Below are positions 45,612 through 55,800 of a DNA stretch of 64,000 nt, piece after piece. This stretch comes from Candidatus Bathyarchaeota archaeon (GTDB taxonomy: Archaea; Thermoproteota; Bathyarchaeia; Bathyarchaeales; Bathycorpusculaceae). The notes under the pieces were generated by a model that saw nothing but the letters and a program-made list of their open reading frames with translations, was not told the DNA's origin and did not search any database. The stretch is from contig JAOZHT010000004.1 in assembly GCA_026014735.1 (NCBI GenBank), forward strand, positions 93,321-157,320, written 5' to 3'. The position numbers and the translations under genes were made by a program. Position 1 is the first letter of the stretch, and every line of letters begins with the position of its first letter.

Positions 45612-47912
45612 TCAGCTATCCTTTGGTTGCGGGGGGTTTGATTGCACTTGGAAGATGGCGACTTCTTTGTTGATAAAGGCAAGACTGAAATGGGGGTCAT
45701 CTTTGTATTTGGGGTTTAAATCGAAGTCGCGGTTCACAACATATGAGACGTTGTATTGTTGCAGGGCAGCTTTGTAGTCAAAGACGACGAGGGGCAAATC
45801 GGGAGCTGACAGGGGGTCTTCCAGGTTGCCGCTTACTGCCTCTTTGAGGGCAGCGGGGTTTTGGGTTGCCTCTTCGGTTAACGGGTATATACCCACTAAG
45901 ATTTGGATCTCCACCATGGATTTACCCTGCAGGTTATAGGAGAGTTGAGTGACACAGGGGCCCTGTGCATAAATGATGCTTACTGAGGGCTGGTTCCCCG
46001 CGAAAATAAGTTGCCCGCATAGCTGCACCTCCGAGTCAACGATGGCTAGGGTGTTGCTGAATTGCTGCTCCAGTTTACCCGGCGACGTAACAGTGAGGTT
46101 TAGCCAATCAAGAGACAGGGCAGGATTGCTGCTTTGAACATTTATGGTTAGGTTTGCAAACAAGGTGCCCTTTGTCAGGGTGGTTGCTTCGGAGAAGCTA
46201 AGGTCATCGTTCGCTTTGTTGACCACTACCGATGGGCAGTCGCTTTTTTCTCCCACCAACCGCATGTCAGTAGCCGCCAAATCAGCGATGGTGATGGAAT
46301 GCTGCGTGCCGTAGGCATCATGGGACACCAAGGTGATGGCGCTGCTGTTGAACCCGAAAAAGGGGTATGGGATGTTGGTCGTGTTTAGGTTTGCCAGAAA
46401 TTGGGGGTTGTGTCTGGCGAGGTATCCGCCGTCTTCGCGGACTTGGATGTAGCCGTTGTCCAGCAGGTAGTCGGTGTCAAGCAGATATGAGACGTTGCGG
46501 GATATGGCTACTTCGCGGCTAAGCGAAATCGCCTGAAAATCAACATCAGTTATTGTTGGCCGCTGTCCAACCCCTGCCAGCCACCACCCATACCCCATCT
46601 CCGAAGCAAACACGGAAGCCGCAGGCGTGTTCTGTTTAGCCCACTCAATCGCATGGTAGCCTTCATCGTCCATAACTTGATAAAAGCCCTGAAGCCCAAC
46701 GCCGCCACTCCAGGGATAGCTGAAGATAGGAAGACTCAAAGTTACCAGAAGCATCAAGGCTAAAAGAAAGCCGCCGTAAACTGCGCGAACGGAGGTTTTA
46801 GGCATGATTTTCACGAGTTTGCCAATGACCCCTTTTTTCCGCGCAACCCCGTGGATGACACTTAGCAGCATAGCCAGACGATTTGAGGCATAATCAAACG
46901 TTAAGGCAAACAGCATTAATATTGGATAAATCAAAAAGTAGATGAACCGAATAGAGTCCAGATACACCCCAAACAGGAAACCTAAAGTCAGCAGCAGCGG
47001 AACAAAAAGCCACATAACCACCAGAAAAGTCGGCCACAAAATAAGCTGCTTCTTATACTCCCTGGAATACAGGAAAAGCAAAGCTATGCCTGCGAAAAAC
47101 GCCAATGTCACAACAAGAGGAATCGAGCGGTACTCAAGCAGAGCCTGAGCTACTACGGGAGCGCCCAGTAGCGTCGCGCTTTCACCCATATAAATCGGCG
47201 CCGCTGAAGCCAAAAAGGGCAAGACAAGGACCGCTCCGATAACTAACGGCAATGCACAGTAGAACACGTTTTTTCGGGAGGTGCTTAAGGCTTTGGGGAA
47301 AACCAGCGCGGCGAGCAATGCGGCTGCGGTTATGCCTATGAAGACGGCGGCGCTCAAGGAATGGCTAAGCAGTATGGCTGCAGCTAAAAGGGAAGCTGCA
47401 ATTAGAAAAGCAGCATTTGTGAATTTTTCTCTTTTCAGAAACAAGTAGAAGACGGTCGGCATCAGAAAAAGCACAGTTATGTTTGGGTAACCGCCCCAGC
47501 AGAGAATCTCGATGTCCCAGCGCGAAACCGCAACCAAAAACGCCGTGACCAACGCAATAGAGTCATTCCACACCAACCGTGTAACCAAAAAAACCGAGAG
47601 CACCACAAGTGAAGAAAACAGTGCGGCAACAAGAGCCTGCGCTAAATAAACGGGCAAAGCGGTCAAAAGCATGATCTGTGAAGCTACAATGTGGAAGCCT
47701 GGGAATTCAAGCTCGACTCCTCCGCCCATCTGGTAGTAGTTGTAGAGGAAGTTGGTGTTGCCTGACTGCGTGATGGAGTTTACAACGCCGGAGTGGAAGC
47801 CTATGTCGGCTCCGGGGGGATAGGCCTGCCAAGTCACTAAGAAAACACGGTAGATAAAGGCGAAAACAAAGATTCCGAGCAACAGCGCAATCTTCCTATC
47901 CATCCTAAGCAT
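45612..47912 (-). CDS. GT-C-fold membrane glycosyltransferase-like protein, paralog 2
   Basis: It shares long identical blocks with 38827..41214 (PPGADIG, NYY.MGGG, FPGFHI, TALP.YLAQAL, GYPN, YGWWL, REDGGYLA..NPQFL, EVAIFQVQ). The junction is YHAIEWAKQNTPAASVFASEMGYGWWLAG. Confidence 0.65.
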   Translation of the reverse strand: MLRMDRKIALLLGIFVFAFIYRVFLVTWQAYPPGADIGFHSGVVNSITQSGNTNFLYNYYQMGGGVELEFPGFHIVASQIMLLTALPVYLAQALVAALFSSLVVLSVFLVTRLVWNDSIALVTAFLVAVSRWDIEILCWGGYPNITVLFLMPTVFYLFLKREKFTNAAFLIAASLLAAAILLSHSLSAAVFIGITAAALLAALVFPKALSTSRKNVFYCALPLVIGAVLVLPFLASAAPIYMGESATLLGAPVVAQALLEYRSIPLVVTLAFFAGIALLFLYSREYKKQLILWPTFLVVMWLFVPLLLTLGFLFGVYLDSIRFIYFLIYPILMLFALTFDYASNRLAMLLSVIHGVARKKGVIGKLVKIMPKTSVRAVYGGFLLALMLLVTLSLPIFSYPWSGGVGLQGFYQVMDDEGYHAIEWAKQNTPAASVFASEMGYGWWLAGVGQRPTITDVDFQAISLSREVAISRNVSYLLDTDYLLDNGYIQVREDGGYLARHNPQFLANLNTTNIPYPFFGFNSSAITLVSHDAYGTQHSITIADLAATDMRLVGEKSDCPSVVVNKANDDLSFSEATTLTKGTLFANLTINVQSSNPALSLDWLNLTVTSPGKLEQQFSNTLAIVDSEVQLCGQLIFAGNQPSVSIIYAQGPCVTQLSYNLQGKSMVEIQILVGIYPLTEEATQNPAALKEAVSGNLEDPLSAPDLPLVVFDYKAALQQYNVSYVVNRDFDLNPKYKDDPHFSLAFINKEVAIFQVQSNPPQPKDS

Positions 47913-48001
47913 GGTTTTCCCCCATAGGTTTCTGCGCTTTCACGTTTGAGGCTATCTCAACTTCTAACTTAAAGCTTGACATGGAAAGCAAGATCAGTGC
48001 C

Positions 48002-49090
48002 TCATTTTCGTCCTGCTTCCAAGGCAAATTTAAGCAACTCCTCAGCTGTACGGTCCCATGAAAACCCACGTGAGTACTTTAACGCGTTTCGGGATAGTTC
48101 TGCCCTTAAATCGCCATCCGAAAGTAAAGCGGTAAGTGCATCCGCTAAGGCCGCCACGTTTCCGCTATCCACCAGCAGCCCTGTTCGGTTATGCTGCACG
48201 GAATCCTTCAGCCCCGGCACATCATAAGCCACAGCGGGCACCCCCAGAGCATTAGCTTCAATAACGTTTAAGCCCCAGCCCTCGCGGATTCCCGGATGAA
48301 CCAGCACCCAACCCTGCGCTATCAACCTGCGGCGTTCATCGTCAGCTATTCGCCCAAGAAACCTCACGCCTTCACCCGCCAGCCTCTCTAGCTCACACCT
48401 GATGGGTCCATCGCCGATGATCCAGAGTTCTGCCTCGGGAACCTTCTGTTTTACTTTTTCGAAGGCAGCTATGGCGTGGCTTGGCCGTTTGGCTTTCTTT
48501 AGTCGCCCGGAATAAACGATTACGGGATGACTGCTTTTTTGGGGCAGCGTAGGTAGGGGCTTAAAGTTTAAGCCTTCAGGTACAACGGAAACGTGCTTGA
48601 AACCCAGAGTTGCCAGATCCATGCGGGTGCTCTCTGACACCGTGACCGTCGGCACATCGACGTATCTGCGCAGCCACCTGTCCTCGAGGCGGTAGCCCAC
48701 GGCGTTCATGGGAAAGCCTGTTTCGAGGTACCAGTACTCGCGGGCCAGCTGATGAATCAAAGCCACCACATGCTCACCGTTTTCAAGGAATTTTGGAGCA
48801 AAAAAGGGGCGCGTGTTGATTTCGTCAACTACCAAGTCAAAGTGTTCGTTCTTTAAGCTTTTTTTGAAGAACCTTTTGGCTTCATTGTAAACTGAGAAGC
48901 GACCGCCTGACCTAACAACCCTCACCCCATCGAGGGTTTCCTCGCCTTTGCAGCCGGCGAAGGCAGCGGTAAACAGGGTCACTTCGTGTCCAGCCTTAAC
49001 CCAGCGCTTGGCAACCTCACATGTGAAGACCTCAGCGCCGCCCATCTCGGGGTTTAGCCAGCAGCGCCAATTAAAAATCAGAATCCGCAT
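48002..49090 (-). CDS. Glycosyltransferase family 4 (GT-B fold, Glycos_transf_1 type)
   Basis: MRILIFNW..........GGAEV N-terminus and C-terminal EGWGLNVIEANALGVPAVAYDVPGL.DSV (E-x7-E region). The ATG at 49090 overlaps the GT2 stop (TGATG). Confidence 0.85.
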   Translation of the reverse strand: MRILIFNWRCWLNPEMGGAEVFTCEVAKRWVKAGHEVTLFTAAFAGCKGEETLDGVRVVRSGGRFSVYNEAKRFFKKSLKNEHFDLVVDEINTRPFFAPKFLENGEHVVALIHQLAREYWYLETGFPMNAVGYRLEDRWLRRYVDVPTVTVSESTRMDLATLGFKHVSVVPEGLNFKPLPTLPQKSSHPVIVYSGRLKKAKRPSHAIAAFEKVKQKVPEAELWIIGDGPIRCELERLAGEGVRFLGRIADDERRRLIAQGWVLVHPGIREGWGLNVIEANALGVPAVAYDVPGLKDSVQHNRTGLLVDSGNVAALADALTALLSDGDLRAELSRNALKYSRGFSWDRTAEELLKFALEAGRK

Positions 49091-49911
49091 CAAGCCGCCT
49101 CTGCAGGCCCTCTTTTTTTGGTATCTATTTTTCCATATATCCTAAGCACCCGTATTCGCCAGGTCATTCTAAGCAAATCAGTGAACATCTCGAAGATTTC
49201 TCTGAATTTTGGACAGGCGTTTAGCTTAAGCTGAACGGGCATCTCAACTATTTTTAACCCGTGCAGGTTAGCGGCGGCAAGCAATTCAACATCAAAAGCA
49301 AACCGCTTAACCGTTAACCATGGAATAATCCGCTCAAAAGAACTCTTCTTCATGGCTTTAAGCCCCACTTGGGTATCTCTGATGTTCACGCCAATCATTA
49401 TCTTAACCAAGACGTTGAAGGAATGGCTAAGGATTCTTCGCAGGGCCGATATCTCTACGCGGGACTGCGGATGCCACTTAGAAGCAATAACTATGTCGCT
49501 TTGGCTGAGCGCCTCGATGTAGCGTGAAATCATGCCTAAACCTATCTCTAAGTCGCTGTCAGCGAAAACCACCACGTCCCCGCTGCTTCTCATAAAACCC
49601 GCCTTAACTGCGTAGCCTTTGCCGTTGTTGGTGCTGTAACTGTGGATTTTCACGTGACCGTTCTTTTGGGCATACATAAGTGTCTTAGGCAGGGTGTTGT
49701 CTTTGCTGCCGTCGTTAACCACAACGATTTCGTAGGTTTTGTGTTCCTGACTGAAAAGCGCCTCTATGTTGATTAGGGCAGATTCGATGGAGTTTTCCTC
49801 GTTAAACGCAGGGACCACGATTGAGAGTTCAATTTGCTCCATGTCAACCGCCATCGGTTTGTTTCTTGGATACGCTGATAGCCGAGCTACCCAGTGGGAT
49901 ACAGGCATCAA
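49090..49911 (-). CDS. Glycosyltransferase family 2 (dolichyl/polyprenyl-phosphate sugar synthase-like)
   Basis: LSIVVPAFNEENSIE, VVNDGSKDNT, DSDLE (DxD-type) and FAFDVELL motifs. The real start is probably the ATG at 49854 or 49842. Confidence 0.8.
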   Translation of the reverse strand: MMPVSHWVARLSAYPRNKPMAVDMEQIELSIVVPAFNEENSIESALINIEALFSQEHKTYEIVVVNDGSKDNTLPKTLMYAQKNGHVKIHSYSTNNGKGYAVKAGFMRSSGDVVVFADSDLEIGLGMISRYIEALSQSDIVIASKWHPQSRVEISALRRILSHSFNVLVKIMIGVNIRDTQVGLKAMKKSSFERIIPWLTVKRFAFDVELLAAANLHGLKIVEMPVQLKLNACPKFREIFEMFTDLLRMTWRIRVLRIYGKIDTKKRGPAEAA

Positions 49912-50015
49912 GTCCTTATAATGTTTGAGTTTTCAGGTTAACCCGGTTATACAGCAAAAAAACAAGCTGCACTATTGAGCACTAGGCTGCCCGCACTTTC
50001 ACGAATTACATCAAG

Positions 50016-50023
50016 TTTTTAAA
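50016..50023 (+). promoter_or_regulatory. TATA-like box (TTTTTAAA) upstream of the beta-CASP gene
   Basis: About 35-40 nt upstream of the ATG at 50057, in the divergent spacer shared with the GT2 operon. Confidence 0.3.
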
Positions 50024-50056
50024 GCTAGTTTACCTGAACAAACACGGGGCAAACGT

Positions 50057-51859
50057 ATGGCAGCTACATTAACCTTCTATGGTGCAGTTGACGAAATCGG
50101 CGGAAACAAAATCCTCCTGAAAACAAGCGATGGAGCCCTCCTGCTGGATTTTGGGCGCCGCATGAACGAGTACGGAAGATTCTTCTCGGATTACATTCAG
50201 GCACGCTCCAAAAATGCCCTTCGTGACATGCTGAGGTTGGGGATTCTTCCAAAAATCGATGGAGTCTACACGCGTTACTTGGTGGATATGACCTCTTTAT
50301 TTGAAAACCCTGAGGTAAGCAAAAAAGTTCCCTTTGAAGAGGCCCGGGATTACTGGAAAACCACCGATGTCTCCCCCTGCGACCCCGCAAAGCCAGCGGT
50401 TGATGCCGTCTTTGTAACGCATGCCCATTTTGATCACATCCAAGATGTTAGTTTTCTTGACCCATGCATCCCAGTTTACTGCACAGAAAAAACCAAAGTG
50501 CTAGCAAAAGCCATGACGGATGTTTCTGTTTCAGGGGTTGATGACCAATATTACAAGCTCGCCAAGGAGTCAACCATTAAGCAGAAGCCAGCGGGGTACA
50601 AGACGCTCTGTCCAGAGGAATGCGCGTTCTGCGAGGAAAAAGAGGAGGAGCACCCAATCATTGTTGACGCAAAAACAAAATTCGCATTCACTTATGACAT
50701 AGCTCCACGATATCGAACTTTTAATACAGATATGCAGGGCCACGTGAAAGGCATAGAGTACAAGCTTATCCCCGTGGGGCACTCGGTACCTGGCGCATGC
50801 TCAATCCTGTTGACGCTGCCAGGTGGCAAACGGGTTCTCTATACAGGCGACATACGGTTCCACGGTGCAGATGAAGTTTCAATAGATGATTATGTCAAAG
50901 CCGTCGGTGGCTCAGTGGATATTATGATCACGGAGGGCACAAGGGTAGATTCGGAGAATGTCTTAACGGAGGAACAGGTCGGCAGAGACATAACCGAGGA
51001 TATCAGATGCTGTGAGGGGCTTGTGCTGATTAACTTTGGCTGGAAGGACCTAACACGCTTTAACACCGTATATGAAGCCGCCAAAAGCAACGGTCGCGTC
51101 CTTGTGGTTACGCCTAAACTTGCATATTTGCTCTATGAGATGCACTGCAACTTCCCAACCAAACATCAAGACCCAAGAACGATGGATAACCTGAAAGTTT
51201 ACCTCAAACGCGAAGGCGACCTGCTCTACTCCAAAGCAGACTATGACAAATACAAAATGGGGTACCTGCATTATCACGGCAGAAACGTAGCTAAAGACGA
51301 CCGCAACCTTGTCCGCATAGCAGAACGACTCGACGTCGGCGGCGAAGCGGGGAACCCAAAAAATCCCCTGGGGGCAACATGCGCGGGGTTACCTTATGAT
51401 TACAAAGATATCTACTCGCTGGCAACGCACCATTTAGACAACGGCGTTAGAGCCTACCAAATACGCAGAACCCCAAGGCAGTACGTCTTGATGTTCTCGT
51501 TCTGGGATGCAAATGAACTCTTCGACTTGATACCCCTTGACGGCAAACATCAAACCCGCTACATCTCGGCATCCACGGAGCCGTTTAGTGAAGAGATGGA
51601 AATTGACGAACGCAAAATGGTGCATTGGATGGACTTCTTTAGCATCGCCTGCGACTATGACGTTGACGAAAAGGGCGATAAATCGTTTAAGCGCAGGCAT
51701 GTTTCGGGGCACGCATCAAAAATGGAACTTAAAGAAGTAATAGATAGAATAAACCCAGCCAGGATTATACCCATCCACACGGAGAATTGCGGAGTATTCG
51801 AAAGCTTGTTTGCATCAAAAGTTATTTTGCCGAAATATGCTCAGCCCATAGAGATTTGA
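50057..51859 (+). CDS. Metallo-beta-lactamase fold beta-CASP nuclease (RNase J / CPSF-like) with long insertions
   Basis: Motifs in order: LLLDFG (motif 1 Asp), VTHAHFDH (HxHxDH), VGHSVPGA, YTGDIRF, ITEGT (motif A), HVSGHAS (motif B), IPIHTE (motif C). At 600 aa it has no KH domains. It carries a Cys-rich insert, CPEECAFCEE. Confidence 0.75.
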   Translation: MAATLTFYGAVDEIGGNKILLKTSDGALLLDFGRRMNEYGRFFSDYIQARSKNALRDMLRLGILPKIDGVYTRYLVDMTSLFENPEVSKKVPFEEARDYWKTTDVSPCDPAKPAVDAVFVTHAHFDHIQDVSFLDPCIPVYCTEKTKVLAKAMTDVSVSGVDDQYYKLAKESTIKQKPAGYKTLCPEECAFCEEKEEEHPIIVDAKTKFAFTYDIAPRYRTFNTDMQGHVKGIEYKLIPVGHSVPGACSILLTLPGGKRVLYTGDIRFHGADEVSIDDYVKAVGGSVDIMITEGTRVDSENVLTEEQVGRDITEDIRCCEGLVLINFGWKDLTRFNTVYEAAKSNGRVLVVTPKLAYLLYEMHCNFPTKHQDPRTMDNLKVYLKREGDLLYSKADYDKYKMGYLHYHGRNVAKDDRNLVRIAERLDVGGEAGNPKNPLGATCAGLPYDYKDIYSLATHHLDNGVRAYQIRRTPRQYVLMFSFWDANELFDLIPLDGKHQTRYISASTEPFSEEMEIDERKMVHWMDFFSIACDYDVDEKGDKSFKRRHVSGHASKMELKEVIDRINPARIIPIHTENCGVFESLFASKVILPKYAQPIEI

Positions 51860-51972
51860 CTTAACAGACTGGCTTTTCTCAGCATTTTTAAAAAACAGCT
51901 CTGCAACGTCGAAAGACCCCCCCGCTGAACCTTTAATCAATCTTTATATTTGATTGGTGCCAATAGCCTGGC

Positions 51973-52440
51973 ATGGCAGAGCCAAAAGATGGCAGACCAA
52001 TCTTCTTCCCCGAAAACCTGGTTCTCTTAGGCAACCTCGCCCTTTTTGTATGGATTGTCCTTGACACCGTTGCTTTTTTACTATATGATCTTACGGCTGG
52101 TATTGTGTTCTTTATCCTGACGCTTATCTTGATCTATGGGGTGCTGCATCTGCTGGGCTGCCTAAGACCATGCCATAAATGCATCAAATGCACCCACGGC
52201 ATGGGGCGATTGGCCGCGCTGTACTTTGGCAGACGCATCTTCAAAGACTACAAGTACAACTACAAACTGCCCACCGCAGTATTCTTCAGCCTATACATCG
52301 GGGCTTTTCCAGCGGCATTCGCCCTCTACTCCGCAGCCACAGGTTTCACAGTCGTTAAAGCAGCGGTTTCTGCGGTGCTTTTGGTTTTCACGATCTATAG
52401 CGCCACTACGTGGAGGATAGAGAAACCGAAGAAAACCTGA
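51973..52440 (+). CDS. Integral membrane protein with a Cys/His-rich loop
   Basis: Four predicted TM helices. The loop is CLRPCHKCIKCTHG between TM2 and TM3. No family recognised. Confidence 0.5.
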   Translation: MAEPKDGRPIFFPENLVLLGNLALFVWIVLDTVAFLLYDLTAGIVFFILTLILIYGVLHLLGCLRPCHKCIKCTHGMGRLAALYFGRRIFKDYKYNYKLPTAVFFSLYIGAFPAAFALYSAATGFTVVKAAVSAVLLVFTIYSATTWRIEKPKKT

Positions 52441-52581
52441 GTAGCCTCCGCAGGTTATTTTAGAGCTAAACTGAGAGAGCAAGAAAGCGGTTGAATTATA
52501 GCCGTTTTCAGGTAAAATAAGCGTTTTTAAAACAAAAATCTTTAATTGATACTGCAGAATTTTTAGACGTGAGGTGCACAA

Positions 52582-52761
52582 ATGGTAGCTGATACTTGCT
52601 CGGCAGATCAAAAATTACCGAAATGCCCAAGATGCAGGAGACAATCAACAAGACTCAAAAACGACATAGAAAACGACTATTTCTCGGTAAAATACTATAC
52701 CTGCGACCACTGCCAACACATTTTCAAGGTTGCACGCGTGAAATACCCCACGGACCAGTAA
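52582..52761 (+). CDS. 59-aa zinc-ribbon miniprotein
   Basis: ATG ORF MVADTCSADQKLPKCPRCRRQSTRLKNDIENDYFSVKYYTCDHCQHIFKVARVKYPTDQ with CPRC...CDHC pairs, and GAGGTG 6 nt upstream. It is below the ORF-track cutoff. The 52596..52793 ORF in another frame is probably spurious. Confidence 0.45.
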   Translation: MVADTCSADQKLPKCPRCRRQSTRLKNDIENDYFSVKYYTCDHCQHIFKVARVKYPTDQ

Positions 52762-52894
52762 AGTGGGGCCTCAGGCAAAGGCAATTTTGGTAGCATAAAA
52801 GTAGCTTAGACCTGGATTATGGAGAGCCATAGATTGCAGCAACCCCAAGGCGGGTATGCATGCAACAAACGTATGAGCTTATCCACAAGGTGAT

Positions 52895-55800
52895 TTATCG
52901 GCGGGTTTGGGCCAGCGTTTTTTGGGATTTAACGTAGACTTCCACCTTAACGTCTGGGTTTGCTTGCCCAAGGAACTTTGACAAGTCACCCTCCCACTGA
53001 GGCTTAGAGTCTGCAGTGAAGCCCACCGTGTCGGAGATGCCCCGCCAGAGCAACGCGCGGTCGTAGTCGCGGGCGTCTTGGGGCATGAACTCGAATATGC
53101 TGCGGCTTGCCACGATGACGAGTTTCTTTTTCATCCGCGAGATGGCGACGTTGATGCGGTTGAGGTTAAGCAGGAACTCGCTTTCGGTGCGGACATAGTC
53201 GGGGTCGCTGACGCAGCTGCTGATGATGACGAAGTCTGCTTCGCCGCCCTGATATCGCTCCACCGTATCGACGCGGGCGCCCAGGTTGGCGTCTTGGAGG
53301 CGGTTTTTAAGCAGCCCCTTCTGGGCATTGTGGGGAGTGATGACGCCTATATTTGCGGAGGACGCATTCTTAGCCAGCGCCGCCACGATGGATGCCTCCA
53401 CCAAGTTAGACTGGAAACTCTCTGCCTCATCATGCACGATGAGGACAAACACGTTCTGAGGCGCCAAAGCCACAGCTAACCCCTCCGTCTGGGCCTCAAC
53501 AGGCGCTAAAGTCTGCGTCTGCTCAGAACGGAAATCAATGTTATCCTTCTCATAGACCCATTCACGCAGAAATTCCGCGACCACCGAGTGGCAACGGTGG
53601 CTCTCGCAGAGCCGCTCCGCAGGGATGTCTGCTGGGTTTCTGCATTTTATCCGCTCCAAGCCAAGGTCTTCGTTGCGTAGCAACCGCAGAAAATCCATAG
53701 CGGAAAGAAAAGACGCCATTTCCTCAAGGGTGCGGCGGTCCTCTTTTTCCCAGTTATGCGCCACAATCGGCGGCAGCTGGCGGTGGTCGCCTGCGACGAG
53801 GATTTGGCTGTTTTTGGATAGGAAGCTTCCTGAGAGGATGAGTTCGGGGAGCCGCATCATGCTGGCTTCGTCGACGACGAGGAGGTCAAAGAAGCCTTCG
53901 CCCCAGGGCGGCTCGGATTCGCCGATTTTTTTCATCAAGCCATATAGCCCAGGCGGCGTCAGACATATCACTAACGGGGAGGAAGCCGATGTGGAGGGCG
54001 TAAGCGTGGATTGATTCATCAGGCAGCCCGTGAGTTCAGCGACGGTTTCTTGGTCCTGGTTATAGTTGACGTATTTGACTCCGTCGATGGGCGGCACAAG
54101 CGAAACCTCGCTGCTTAAGACACGGTAAAGCTGCAGATCTTTGAGGTCGCGTCCGCCGGCGGCGATGTATTCTTTCCAGCAACGGCCGAGTTTCTCGACG
54201 AATTCCTGGATGGCTTTATGGGTCGGCGCCACCATCAAAACTCGGCACCGAGACTTTGCCCTATGCGCGGCGATGTGAGCAAGCACTGCAAGCTGCAGCG
54301 TTTCGGTCTTGCCCGTGCCAGGCGGACCCTGAAGCATCACAATCGGTTCAGCTCCAAACACGCGTTCCACAAAACGTTTCTGTTCTGCTTTGGGCGGAAA
54401 CCGCCGTGCCTCCATCCAATTTAGGAAAGGCATCGCTGCAGCCCTGTCTAGTGCAGTGTGGTTGTTGCCGCCTGTCTTGCCCGCCAAGTAGTCTGCTAAG
54501 AGGCAGTAGAGGACGTTGTTGGCTGCGTAGTCGAGGCTTTTTGCGGCGCGGTCCGAGATGATGTCGTCGGCTAACTCGTCAAGGATGTAGTAGCGTCCAG
54601 CCTCGAAGAGCTGCATGTACTTGCCCTGTGCCTTCTCGGGGTCAGTGGTGGGCAGATTATGCCATGCACTGTACTTGCTGCCCCTGCCCCGCGGCCAACT
54701 CACGATTTTAACGACAACTTCCAGCTTGGGCACGTCCACGCGGTCCACGATGGCTCGGGCGGACTTCTCCACCTCCCCCGGCGAGCGCTTCTCGGTTTCC
54801 TCAAACTGCCCCGAGGCGTTGCGCCGCAGCTCAGTCACCACCATCCAGTCGCCTGAACTTGAGCCCTCCGAGCCCTTTACGCGGCAGGCGTTGGCGACGC
54901 AGTCAGCTCTGGGCAGCCCCAGATCCTCGTAGACCAGCTTGCCCCGCACCACGAATTCCCGTTCAAACTCGTCGACGCGTGTGCACTGGAAAATCACTGA
55001 TCGCCCGGAAGCCACCCGCTGATAGGGCAGCATCGCATAGTGCTGATACATCTCCTGGCGCTTCGAGAAGTACTCTAAATCCAAGAATTCTCGGCAGCTC
55101 CGCTCCAGCGTGGCGGTGCCCAGCGTGAACTCGGAGATTTTGGGGACAGCAATCGGCTTTTTGCCCAGTCGCCTGTTACGGATAGAGAGGGACCGCTCGA
55201 CCTGCTCGAGTGCCATACAGATTTTGGTGCCCATCAGGTTAAGTTCTTCGTCGGTTATGCGGCGGGTTTTAGAGGTGTAGTCGCACCATTTGCGTTTATC
55301 GAGCAGAACCTTGGAGGGGCCTTTAACTTGGCTGAAATTGTCGAGTCGACCCTTGGCGCCCCAGATGTACTCGATGGGCAATTGGTCGCCGAAGCGGGCG
55401 CGAGCGGGGTAGTAACCGTCGTTTTTGCCCTCTTTGAGGAAGGCGATGGTGCCGTCGGGGTTTCTGCGGTAGGGCAAGCTGTAGTTGAATAAGCCGTCGC
55501 GGAACACCAGCGCCAAATCCACTATGGTGCCGTCTTTGCGTTTGACGCGCCATTGGTTGCGGTCAAAGAAGCATGCCTGCTCCAGAATTGGCAGCAACCC
55601 CGAGCTGTGATAACGCAGGGCTTTGCGGTGGACCACTTCGTCTTGGAGAATGGAGAACATGGGTTGGTCGATGGCTTGCCGCAGCCCCAGCAGGTCACGC
55701 ACGGCCTGTGCACTAATCATTGAGGGCTGCCGACAGACCGCTTTCATGAGGACATCGCGTTCTTGGCGGCTGAAGAAGTACAGGTGAATCGGCGCCTCAT

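Noticed and set aside
52596-52793. 65-aa track ORF (MLGRSKITEMPKMQ...)
   Set aside because: It overlaps, in another frame, the 59-aa zinc-ribbon ORF (52582-52761). That ORF has an SD-like GAGGTG and two CxxC pairs. The track ORF has neither.
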